Assembly: GCA_011109175.1 (NCBI GenBank)
Contig: RDEW01000072.1
Location: 62,001-126,000 of the forward strand
Source of the DNA: Dicyema japonicum
Lineage: Eukaryota > Animalia > Dicyemida
Direction of reading: 5' to 3'
DNA: 64,000 nt
How positions within the stretch are numbered: the first letter of the stretch is position 1; every line of letters begins with the position of its first letter. Of this stretch, positions 36,521 to 48,329 are shown in pieces. The notes beneath the pieces are model-generated. The model saw only the letters and a program-made list of their open reading frames with translations, had not been told where the DNA came from and did not search any database. A program made the translations under genes and the position numbers.

Positions 36521-36959
36521 TTAAAGGTAAAAATCATTGAACTTGACTTTTCAAGAAATGTGTGTAATAGGTTCCTCGTAAGCCAACAATTTTTGTTTTT
36601 TTAATTAGCTTTTTTATTTTTTATGTCAATTTTTAGTAAATAAAAAAATTAGTAATTAGAATAAATGAATATTAATATAATTTTCATGTTAAAAAAAACC
36701 CTCAAGAAATCGTATTTGAGACAAGATGTGGATTTTGTTTACAAAAAAATCAATGATATCAAGATTGCTCTTAATCATGCTCCTGAGTATTTGGAGAGTG
36801 GTTCTTGAAAATGAAAAAAAACCAAGCTTATTTCAATCAAACAAGAAATCAAACATAGAGAAAAAAAGTCGGGAGTTTTTGCTTGGCAAAATAGAAAATG
36901 TTCAAAAAGGAAAGATATTGTCAAAAATATTAGTTAATAGACTAAATTCGCCGTGGCTG

Positions 36960-37330
36960 TGATACGTGCGTGTTTCAAGACAAGTAAAAGTACGAAAATA
37001 CAATGCTTTCGTCCAACCCATACTCCTCTGCTACTCTGGAACGTGGAGACTAACTCGGACATGGAAACTATAGACTCAGACAGCCTCGAAAAATCGCAAT
37101 CTCTAGAAAAGAGATGAGGTAGATTGAGTGGTTCCAGGGATGTGTGGATCAAAAGAATCTGTGGTAAAACTCCCAATCTGGTGTCGCACCATATTACCAT
37201 GCCAATCATTGATGCATCAAGTATGATGAGATAGTCAAGTGGGCCTCTGATGTGGTCGGGCTGCTCAAATACGAATCAAGATAATTTCTCTTGTATTCCT
37301 CATGGAGGATGGCCGATGATTACACGTACT
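36960..37330 (+). pseudogene. RTE-like LINE C-terminal fragment
   Basis: KVRKYNAFVQPILLCYSGTWRLT resembles the RTE post-RT motif. Confidence 0.55.
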
Positions 37331-37429
37331 TTTAATATCTAAAAGTCCTAAAATTCCACAGTAATTTTAAAATTCATGACTAATTTATTTTTATTTTTTT
37401 TCATACGAGTTCCTCGCAAAATGCTGATG

Positions 37430-37710
37430 GCCCCTTGTCCGAATTTTGCTGCTGCCAATTCAGGCTAAGGTTCCTCGTATCTACGATGCGTTGGCTTGAC
37501 GAGTGACGCCGTCATCAGTGAGCATCTCATTGCGGAACCGCATAGTCTACAAAAGACTCACATCCAACAAAAAGAAAAAAACAAGGAAGAGCAATCAATA
37601 TTTCTTTTTCTCCTATTAGTTAGTATAACTGTTCTTTACTTAAATAAAGTGTTTGTCATGTCTGGGAGAAGCTACAGCTAACATGGCACTTCGTGTTATT
37701 AATGAACATT
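37430..37710 (+). mobile_element. SINE, diverged relative of 34038
   Basis: Shared core gacgagtgacgccgtcatcagtga..cattgcggaac and ctgttctttacttaaataaagtg. Confidence 0.8.
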
Positions 37711-39714
37711 AAGACAATTTAAATTTGATTATATTTACAGTTATCTAATAAATATTCAAACTGATTATATGTGATGTGAAATAAAACATGCAACGTGCTT
37801 TCGATTCGGTGGCGTTAAAACTCTCTCGAGTTGGCAAAAATGTTGAAAGGAAAAAAGGAGAAGGGTCACTTGCGTTACCTGATGGTATGAATGTAATTCT
37901 TGCCATATCCGAGAGCGTTGTGATAGATGACCCAAAAGAATGGGCGAGGCAGGTAGTCCTGCAGGTACGTAGCAGGCTATCTCGAATGCTTTGGAATGGT
38001 TGGCCATACTTGGCGGAGCTCTGTAGTGGCAGATTCAGTACTGCTATATCTGTGAGTGAACTCAAGAAGATGGCTGTAGGCAAAGAGGGTACTGGTCTAA
38101 AGGATCGAGGACCAGGTGACCACAAATGTCAAAGAGAGCACGAGCACCAGAGCTGGACAACCCCCAGTCTGAAACATGAAAAGATTGCAATTTCATTTTA
38201 AGTGAAAAGTGATCAGATTAGAAAGAAAAGACAAACAATTTTAATGTTTAATAACGAAAACGTCATAATTTAAATTTATTCAAAATGACTTTGATGTCAT
38301 CATTCTTATTTGATGAAAAAATTTCAAATTTCCCAATAATCTAGTAATTTGCTTATAAACCATGGTTTAATTTACTGACTTGTTGATCTAGATATACTTC
38401 ACCTGTCGAAATTATAAAATTTTTCATTTCACAACAATCTCATGAGCTTTGAAGGAAATAACTAAAATAATGAATTTATTTGCATATACCACACCTCTCT
38501 TTATTCACTTTGATGAACCCTGTATTTATCTGACCAACAATCAATATGAGAATATCACGTAATAAAGCATGAGATTTGAAAAAACACGCAGTTAAAGCGA
38601 ACATTTGAATCCTGAATATTAGGTTATATGAAAAAATCTTAACGATTTCAAAATTTACACTTACAAGTAAGATTATTCCGTTTTTTAAATAATTTATAAC
38701 TCAATAATCAATCTTTATGACTACGTAATCGACCCAGAGATTTGAAAAACATTGAAAAACATTCCTCCATGTACATGAGTAGAGCCTACTGGAGTTATGC
38801 ATAGAAAAATTTGCAAGAAAGGATCGACGTAGATAAAGGATGCTGGACAATTGAAAATTATGGTTAGAACTATTTTGTTGTAATACAAGTGGCGCTTGGT
38901 GGTGGTGAAATAAAATTATAGCAATCCAACTTTCATTGTTTCCCTTCAAATTAGCTTTGATAGTCCAAAACAGTTAGTTTTTACGCTGCTCAATAATTCA
39001 TTTATTTTTCAGCTGGGTAAATGTCGAGATCACTGTTATCCATAAACGTAGGGGACAGCGAATCACATTAAAAAACGACCATTACCGCACACTGGAAACG
39101 CCAATTCGTAATATTCCAGTATCTGTACTTTGATGAGAAATGTGCACATTGCTGATAATATTAATATATTTTGAGAAAATAAATTATGGTACATTTGTTT
39201 AAATTGTATGTTTACTGTGAAGTTAGTGAATATTTAATGATTCATGGTGTATCTCGGTATTTGAGTTATTTTATATATTTGTGATTATTTAATTATTACG
39301 TGAATAGTAAAATTATCCAATATTTTCACAATTGGATGGACGAGATTATTCCATTCCTAATAAACACAGTGGAGGGTCTATCGAGAGGTTTCAATTATTG
39401 TATATTAACTGACAACATCTTCTTAAGTAGAAACGTATGAAATATTCAAAAAATTCTCTGTCACATTAGAAAAAAATGATTTAAGTGTTATAAATAATAT
39501 TCCAGAAACTGTACTTTGATGAGAAATGCATACGTTGCCAATAAATAGTATTATACACTAATAAAATTGTTTTTAGGTAAATTATGTCGACATTTGTTTG
39601 ACTTTTATGTTTACAGATGAAGTAAGTGAATATTTAATGATTCATGGTGAATCTCGGTATTTGAGTTAGTTTATATATCTGTGATTATTTAATTATTACG
39701 TTATTATTATTTAT

Positions 39715-39970
39715 TGTCGTATGTGATAGCGTCCGGGCTGTTGATACTGTCCGGGTTGATAAGACAAATTTATCTCTTGAAAACATTAACAACCACTAAG
39801 TTTTGCTTCAAAAAAACAAAAAATTTTATTTTGATTCAATAAAGTGATTAAGCTGAAAAGGTTGAAAATAGAAGAGGTCGAAGGATCTGTTCCTTGTTCC
39901 CTCAAAAACAAAAAGAAATTTTTATTTTGAGTCAATAAAGGATTAAGCGTGAAAAGGGTTGAAAATAGAA
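39715..39970 (+). mobile_element. Left terminus of a second Ginger-like copy
   Basis: Near-identical to 23551-23640 (tgtcgtatgtgatagcgtccgggctg..) plus ~93-bp subterminal repeats; no right end seen. Confidence 0.85.
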
Positions 39971-40319
39971 TCCTAAGCCTGTGCGTCTTCATTATTCCCA
40001 ATGTCGAACGGAAATACCTTCTTTGATCCTTGCAGAAAAAGCCGATTGGGGAAAGAAATTTCTTAGCCAACTGATTTTATTTTGCGTGGAACAGTGAATG
40101 GATCTTGTGGTGTGTTGTGGCTCACCCGAAAAGGTGTCACCCATTACGGAAAGGAACGAAAGAGCCAATAACTTCTCCCCACCTCTTAGAGGTTCCCGTA
40201 AGCTACGTGCCTCCTACTCCGTCTTGTTTTGTGGCGACATTGGAAAAATTGTTACGTTAATATTAAAATTATCTAATATTTTCATAATTTTAATAATTTA
40301 TTTTAAATTATCATAAATG

Positions 40320-40500
40320 CTACCGATTTACTCCTGTTGCGACCGAATCATCGGGAGCCGTTGGTCCAATGACGGCTGAGTTCTTGTGAGAACTCGGAGG
40401 ATTGCTTACCAGAAAGAAAAGGGATCAACGAAAAGGGTTATGGCTAAGACAAAAGATCGGAATAGCCATACTCCGAAGGAACTCGTTCGCAATCCACGCA
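40320..40500 (+). pseudogene. CRE-type RLE C-terminal fragment
   Basis: YRFTPVATESSGAVGP..ELGG..LRQKIGIAILRRN. Confidence 0.7.
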
Positions 40501-40889
40501 GCAGGCTTCCTCAACTGACATTTGTTTAATTGTTAAAAAAATTTTTTGTTAATTATCATAAATTACTAAATTTATTTAAATAAAAAATTAGCAACAAATC
40601 AGATTCCTGCACCAACAGGGAAAAAAGACATTACCACGGACGATGGCCATAAAAATCATCTCAGTTTGCACCGTCTCTGAGCCTTGCCGCAATTTCACTC
40701 CTAATTCCGCTAATGACTCTTTTACTAATTCTTCCAACAGATCCAGATTTCTAAAAGGGTTGGGACAAAACGGGAACTATCATTGAGGAGTGAGTATTAT
40801 TTAGTTTTCTTTGTTTGTCAGAGTCGGCAATAAAAGAGACATAATGAGCTGTCAATGAAAAACCTAAAGGAGTGAATGAGGCCACAAAC

Positions 40890-41190
40890 GTCAAATTTTG
40901 CATGACAGATCTTCATGCAAGAATGGAAAAATGGTCACTTTATAGAGTCTCTTCCAACTACCAAAGCCATTTCTTGCGGACTCGATGATAGACACAAACC
41001 CAGCTGATTTTATAATACGTTTGATATTTTCGTTGAATGTAGTGTGTCTGGGAAACCTTTCGGGTTTCAAGCATTTGTCTTTCTTCTTGTTGGTTCTTGA
41101 TGAACACGGAAAATCCTGTTTGAATGTTAATCTCTCAGTTCTTAATGGTTTAAGATACGTCGGCCCCTCCCTTCTCCAATAGATCAATCT
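40890..41190 (-). pseudogene. Possible CRE-type zinc-finger/RLE junction fragment
   Basis: RFPRHTTFNENIKRIIKSAGFVSIIE resembles the CRE RH..N..I.RAL..AG motif. Confidence 0.45.
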
Positions 41191-41329
41191 GAATCTTCCC
41201 TTCCGACATATATTCGGATAAACTTCGCTCGTCTGCGACTAAACTTGATGATTTAAAAAAATGTTCCTTTCTCCTTTTGTAACCTCACATAGTTAACAGT
41301 AACCACCCTTTTGAACTTCCTGAATTAGT

Positions 41330-41450
41330 AAAATGTTTGTCTACAATGTCAAGACTGTCCGATCTATGGGAGCGACTGACAATAGATATCCTGCTTAATA
41401 CCTGCTGATCTCATACAAGTTAGTGAAGCAGGAGTCACTTAACTAATTAA
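41330..41450 (+). mobile_element. LINE 3' end, same family as 8338-8500
   Basis: ccgatctatg..cttaata..tacaagttagtgaagcaggagtcacttaactaa aligns with the 8.34-8.47 kb minus-strand end. Confidence 0.7.
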
Positions 41451-42299
41451 ATAATGATTTACGATAAAAATACTATTAATCACGAAAAATATTCGTTATT
41501 CATAGCTTCCTGAGAATGACATGGCTTGATTGCCAAACTAACTTGGAGTTGCTAAGCTCGTATGACAATGGAGGTCGCCAAAATAATGAATTACACATTA
41601 AATAACGACTTTTGCAGAATCAGAACAAGTCAAAGGAATCAATTGGCCTCATTGAGATTCCCAGATTAATCATAAAATCATTCATCAATTATAATCTTTG
41701 GCCAAGAGAACTAACAACTAGTCTAATATACTTAAACACCAAGACCTTAAAATTACACGTTCTGTCTTTTATTAATTTAAAATTAATTTTTTAATAACCA
41801 AATTTATTTTTAAAATTTTAGTAAAAAATACGACAGCCTTTCCACCAGATTCCATGTACAGCCTGTTGTCGTCGAGACGAACGATGTCTTCGGTCCCAAG
41901 ACGTTCTCTTTTCTAAGATCGCGTGGGTCAATGATATCGAAAGTGAGCAATGAGCGTCGGGAAACCGAATCGTTGTTCCAAAAGATTTCTCTGGCAGTGG
42001 TCATAGGAAACAGCCATTCCATCCAATCAGCTGGATTATTTTGATTGTCTTGTTACGTGATAATAAACCGTTTATCTAAAGGAAAGCATTAGAAATCATA
42101 AATAAAATTCTCGCTTTATGTGACGTCATTTACAACGTCGTGGATAATCCTACATATCGTGATGAATCGATCGGTTTTCTTCTTATAATTTGACTTTTTT
42201 AATTAATACGACTATTTAGTTGGATCTGGAAGTGTTTGTTTTACCTATCATTACAAATCCGCATTTATCCTTATAATAATTATTTTTGGTACTATAAAA

Positions 42300-44240
42300 C
42301 AGTGATTCTCTACCTTTTTTTTCGGTGTACCAAAAAAAATCAGTGTACCAAACCAAGTTATTTCGTGTACCAAAGAAACATAGACTTATTTAGTTCTTTT
42401 AATTAAATTTAGGGACTTAAAATCTTTTTTTAACTATTTAATGAGAGCCTTGGTTTTCATGCATTTCAATTAATTTCTGAATATCAGGGTCCAAGCGTGT
42501 TAAAAATAATCTGACATCTCCTCGCGAGCAGATATCAAGCTTGTTACGTTCATCGCTCAATATCCTGTTTACAACGCTGAATCCTGATTCCACAAGAAAT
42601 GTCGTTGGAAAACATAATAAAATTTTAATTATTTGTTCCCAAAAAATTTTTGGATATTTGTCTTTAAATTCCTTTTTTTGCCAAAAGGTAGACAAATCCT
42701 GGTTTTCAAACAAAATCTTATAAGAATAATTATATTTAATTTCTATAAATAATAATGATAAAAAATACCAATAAATTCATTTTGCAAATCCATTTGCACC
42801 TCTACAGTGCTAGTCAAAAAAGGATTTATCATCCATCTTGGTATTTCCATATTAATCACGTCTTCAAATCTGATTGTCATTTCCTTTTCCAAATTAATTA
42901 GATGGTCCAACAAAAATTTTTATATCAACTGATTAAATGCTTCACATACTGGATATAGAAAATCGTATTTTCCTGATTCAAAGTTATGTCTATAAGTCTT
43001 TAACTTTTCACAAAATATAATTATTGTAACTCTGACGCCAAACATAGTTACAAAATTTCCCTGCAATTTCAAGGAAATTTCATTCAATTTAGCAAAAATC
43101 CAATTTAAATATAAATACATTTTCTGAAATCGATCGTGCTAATTCCTCTTCATTTTCCGATTAAAGAAATAGCTGGTAAAAGGTTTACAAATCTTTGTAA
43201 AGCAGTGCCTTTGGACAACCAGCGAACCTAAAAAATATAAAAAACAAAAATAAACTTCAGTATGATACAAGAGTCTTATATAATCTTCATTCCTATCTAT
43301 ACAAAATTTCCTAAAGATCCTATCAGATTTTGGACTTGTTTTAATTCGATTGATCGTTTTTATGACGAGATTCAGCACTTGATTTAAAAATGCGGAGATT
43401 TTTTTTGAAACCAGATGATGGCGCTGTAATACACAATGAATATGAATTAAATTCGGACATTTTTGTTTCAAAAAAAACGCAAATCCTTTGTACTTCCCAA
43501 CCATGGCCATTGCACTGTCCGTAGCACATGTGATTAAATTGGAAAATGGAATTTGTTTTTCTTCAAAATACGTTTTCAATACATTAAAAATTGACTCTCC
43601 GATAGAATCTGTTATCAAAGGTCTGATAAACAAAAACCTCTTCACAAAAAAACTACTTTTTCGTCAAAAAAATCTAAACAAAATATTATTTAAAATACTT
43701 ATCTAACATAGACATTAATATATATTTATTATCACATACCAGACATTCATCAATTTGCAAGGAAAAAAACAGTTTTAAGGAATCTTCGACGCTTTCAGCC
43801 ATTTCGTCAATTCGGCGACGAATCGTATCATTATTAACCTTTGAAGGGTAGTAGGTTCATCAATTTTGTTTTTTATATTTTGAAAATATTCAAGCAAAAA
43901 TCCGACTAGATTTGGATGTCTAGTCCTCAAATGGTGTGTTAATCTTGACAATTTCATGGAACTATTGGCCAAAGAATTTTTGCAGATTATGCAAAAAGGC
44001 TTAGATTTGTATCCACTGGAAAGGGATAAATCCGAGGAGTACGAGAATTACCACCAGACATGTGATTGACACGAGTATTTATAGGTATCAAATGATAATG
44101 GTTAACCATCGTAATGAACTAATTACTGATAATAAAAAATATTTAAAAAATAATACCATGTACCAATTTTCTTTCCATGCACCATTCGAGTATTTTCATG
44201 TACAAAAATGGTGCACATGCACCACGGTTGAGAATCACAG
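42300..44240 (-). mobile_element. Buster-type hAT transposon (1941 bp) with an intron-containing, disrupted transposase
   Basis: TIRs cagtgattctctacc and ggttgagaatcacag; TSD ctataaaa/ctttaaaa (one mismatch); motifs MKLSRLTHHL, CATDSA.AMVG, IHCVL.RHHL, HTE|VRWLS and FPTTFLVESGFS; GT-AG introns 43228-43255 and 42743-42768. Confidence 0.92.
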
Positions 44241-44999
44241 CTTTAAAACATTAACTTACTTTTCCATCTTTGGGAGGTAAACTTGCCACGTTCATTAAGC
44301 TTGTGTATTCAAACAGTAGACAAGTTTTTCATTCAATGAATATGTAATTGTTAAGGGGAATATCTATGTGTAGAGACATATTTTTAATCAAATATTATTA
44401 TCTAACATCAACAATGGGTAAATCAAGAAAGATAGTAAAAACTAACTAATTAAGTTATCTCAGAGTACCACCACACCAGGTGTGGTATATAGTACCCCTA
44501 AGCACTTTTAGTACCTCCAAAGCAATTACAGTACCCCTTAGTAATTTTTTTATTTGCTAAAATTAATAATTTTAGGGCTAAAAGGTTCGTTAAGTACTAG
44601 AAACAACTTGCTCTATTTATCACTCTAAATAACAGTGAGACTGGGCGTTGCAAGGACAAAAACTATGTTAGTGGTGCTGTAGTACTAGTCCATCATAGTA
44701 ACACTAAGCGCTATTAGTTCTCTTAACAATTATAGTATTCCCCTAAGCACTTATATTATCCCTTCACAAGTATAGTAAACCCTAAGCAATTATTGTATTC
44801 CCATAAAAATAATAAGTTTTTGACCATAAAACAACAAACATTAAAAGTTAGAACTTATCTCCCAAAATCTTTATGAAATTTGAAAATGGTAGTCACTAAA
44901 ATTTTTTATGGACGTACTATAATTGTCAATTATTATTAAAAAGCACTCCCGGGAAAACATAAAAAAAGTTAATCATAGAGTATTAGAACATCAACACCA

Positions 45000-46090
45000 T
45001 GTTTATTTTTAATCATATAACATTAAGGCCACGGAAACCTAAAAACTTGTAGATTTTAGTTTACTAGTAAAATTGATTAAAAAAATTTAAATAATCTATC
45101 AAATCCAGGAAAAATATTTTATTAAAGACAATAACCCATAAATACCACTAAATCTTCTAATGACTATCTAACACTCATCTTTTTTTTGTCGAATAGAGAA
45201 CCAATTAGTTCTATAAATAAAAAATTTGATTAAACACTGGCTCCCAACTTGTTTTTTTCAATTTCCTCTAAAATTTACGTAAAGACTAACTTTTTTAACA
45301 AATTTAAAACATATCACAGTCAATGAAACAAGCAAAATCAAGAAAAATGGAACTAAGCAGTAAAGTGCAATTTTTCTGTTCCGATTAGTCTAATAACAAG
45401 TAAAATTCATTACCGATAAATGATCTCTTTGACGAACGTAATCTAACCTCACAAAATTAAATACATTTTTCGTAAGAATAACTGTCCAACATGTCGTTGT
45501 TCTCAGGACTCATGGGAATTTTTTTCTTCTCGTAATTTCTCGTAGGAAAATAACGATTTATGTTATCTAAATTTTAAATTTAGTCCCTAACTCCTCATAA
45601 ATTTATTATAAATTTCAAAAAGTTCGAATATGTCCTTAGTTACCGGTTTCCCTATCAAACCTTGGTTTCTTTGGTTCTGAGTTGTCGTTTCTGTTAAGTC
45701 CACGTTTATTGGGGACAAAAGAGATACTTAAAATTTAAAAGAATAATACAAAAATCAATGTCCTGGTGCTTGCTCAGGATAATTTGATAGAGCAATAATA
45801 GAATTAGTATCATCATCTAAAAAGTTGACTAACAAGAAAACCATTGAATCTGTGTCACATTATGCAAATGCTTATTTATTAAAATTTGGTTCACCATAGT
45901 AAAAATTCAATATTATTTTATTTATTAAATAATTCAAATAAAATTTAATATTTTATTAATTAAATAATTCTAAAGTGAGTATCGAGCGTCTGAAAAATGA
46001 GTGACAGCTTAAAAGATTTTTTCTGTCTGTTGTCAAAAAACAGCCACTCAATTTTTTTTAACTGGACAATTTTTATTTTTTTGTTTCGTA
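45000..46090 (-). pseudogene. Diverged paralogue A of an intron-rich putative membrane-protein gene
   Basis: Collinear with 48330-49500; shared peptides NSIIALSNYPEQ and NVDLTETT..IGKPVTK; hydrophobic KIALYCLVPFFLILLVSLTVICF; tiny GT-AG intervals. Confidence 0.5.
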
Positions 46091-46689
46091 ATAAATGTCT
46101 TAAATTCAAGCGAAACTATAATTTCAATAGACAACTGTAACAAAAAGCTATGTACAAACATGATTTCAACATTATGATTACAGAGATTTCATATTTGCTC
46201 ACTGCTCCTCAAATAATGATAAAGATAATTTTTAGAATCATAATTAGTAGGAACATTTAAATACTACAAGAGTATAATTTTCGATACTAATTTTTAGGGA
46301 TGATTGAAATGCTGGATAAAATTCGAATCTCGGTGCTATCGATTCCGCTGAAGGTTTCACGATCCGACAATGGTTTCTGGTCTGACAAGTGAGGCCAGTG
46401 ACAAAAAAAATTAAGAACCTGTCCCCTTCAAACGATTAGTTAACTTCCATTTATTATTAAATTTTAAATTTAAATTTATTGAACCAAAAACACCGTCATA
46501 GCAAGAATGAAAAAAATCAGGTCATCCCGGCCTCCCTCAGCAGTCTTCGCATACTCTGATTTAAAGGAAGTGCCGTCCAGGGGAACTCTTCTGGATGATT
46601 TTTGATTAATGGTCTATTTTTTCAGGTAATATAAAACTCCACTTTTTTATATTTAGTTTTTTATTCCCTACACGTGAAGCAATGTAGAA

Positions 46690-47560
46690 CAAAAAACTCG
46701 CCCCTGACTACTTTCCTTAATCTGCATGATGTGGAAAAGTTAATCACCTCATTACGTACCACCCACTCTTGCATTATCTCGCCTATACAACTTGAATACC
46801 AAGTCCCTCATGCCAAGATCATGTTCACTGACCTATATAATTTTTCGTAATTTCACACACTTCAGAATATCTGGAAAAACTCACTGATTACGCCTATTGT
46901 CAAGACATAAAAACAATGAATCATCCATCATTCTAAAGTCCTGTTTCTATAACTTGCACCATGTCGAAACTGATGGAGAATCTTACACTGATTTATTTTT
47001 ATTTATTAGTGTTATTCTGATGCTAAACTCCCTTACTCTGATAATGGCTGTGTTCCAGTGTGGGTTTAGAACTTAGAGATATATACATGTCACTTAAGAT
47101 CTGATCTCTATATTATCACGGGTGGTTTCAATTAGAAAACTAATTTACGGACTGTTTTAGCATCAATCGACATACAGAAGGTTTCCGACTCTGATATGAG
47201 ACTGCTTTTGACTAAGAGTTTTATGTCAAATATATATAAACGTAGAGCTATGATTGGATAATGTTGATTTCGGCTCACATGGAAGAGATCGCCATAATGA
47301 AAAAAAACTTAAAATCACGGCTACTTCGTAACGGGATGATGTTTCTCTGGTTCAGTTTAATTTGTTCTTAATGATTGCCAACAATTGGGACCTATCCTAT
47401 AGGGACAATCTCATTATCTCATCATTGCCGATATGGATAGCCACGGCAGGTGGAGGAATATGATTACTACTAGTTTCTCGGGTTGCACATGCTTTGTCAT
47501 GATTGAGAAAACTAAATGTTTTTAAAAACTAAAACAATGAGCTATATCAGTCGTAGAAGG
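46690..47560 (+). mobile_element. Highly decayed LINE RT fragment
   Basis: IWKNSLITPIVK and PVSITCTMSKLME; QCGFR-like and SIDIQK-like remnants. Confidence 0.7.
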
Positions 47561-48059
47561 TACTGTCCTAAACAACGATAGGTCCCACGTACGGGGTGAA
47601 TATTAGTGAAAAATATCTCAACCATTCAGACGGCTAATACCCTTCTGCACTCACCCTCACTAGTTTTTCTAGTTTACGATTGTCCTCATTTAACTTTGAG
47701 TCGACCTATACGGAAAACAAACTTTATAGAAGATCGCATGGACTTTCCTAATAAGATAATTTTTTTTCTTTTTGAAGATAAAAGCCATTCCCCGCTTCCA
47801 TATAATAATGATAGCAAAATGACTCCTCGGAAGACAAAATGAAAGGTACTGGAACTTACCTCGACACAGTATTGCTTGAATTGTTTCTGGTTTAGATTTA
47901 ATATTCAAATGACAGAGTAATTGTGTAGTCTTCGCTTGTAATGTACAGTCCGAGTGAATTTCATTTAATGGTCTGAATTTCACAAAAATGTTGATTTAAA
48001 ATAGTTCAGATTAACCTGACGGAGTTAATCATATAATAATATTGCACTTTACATAGACC

Positions 48060-48311
48060 CATAAGAACAGATATCATATCTACTCGATGACGGAAAACTA
48101 AGGAATGCTTATCTCTCCATTCATTTTTGTCGGTGAGTCCTTTTGTATTCGATCCGGTTCCGCAGTGAGATGTCACTGATGACAGCGTCACTCTTCAAGT
48201 CAAAGAATCTTTGATGCATTGAACCTTCCATCGGAATTTACATCAACTAGATTCGAAATAGGAGAGATCAGGCCTTTTCCCAAGAACTCGTTACACTGAG
48301 CTACCCGGCCA
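48060..48311 (-). mobile_element. tRNA-derived SINE sharing the 34038 core
   Basis: Head ggccgggtagctcagtg; core gagtgacgctgtcatcagtgacatctcactgcggaacc. Confidence 0.75.
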
Positions 48312-48329
48312 TGTAAAACATCAATATCC

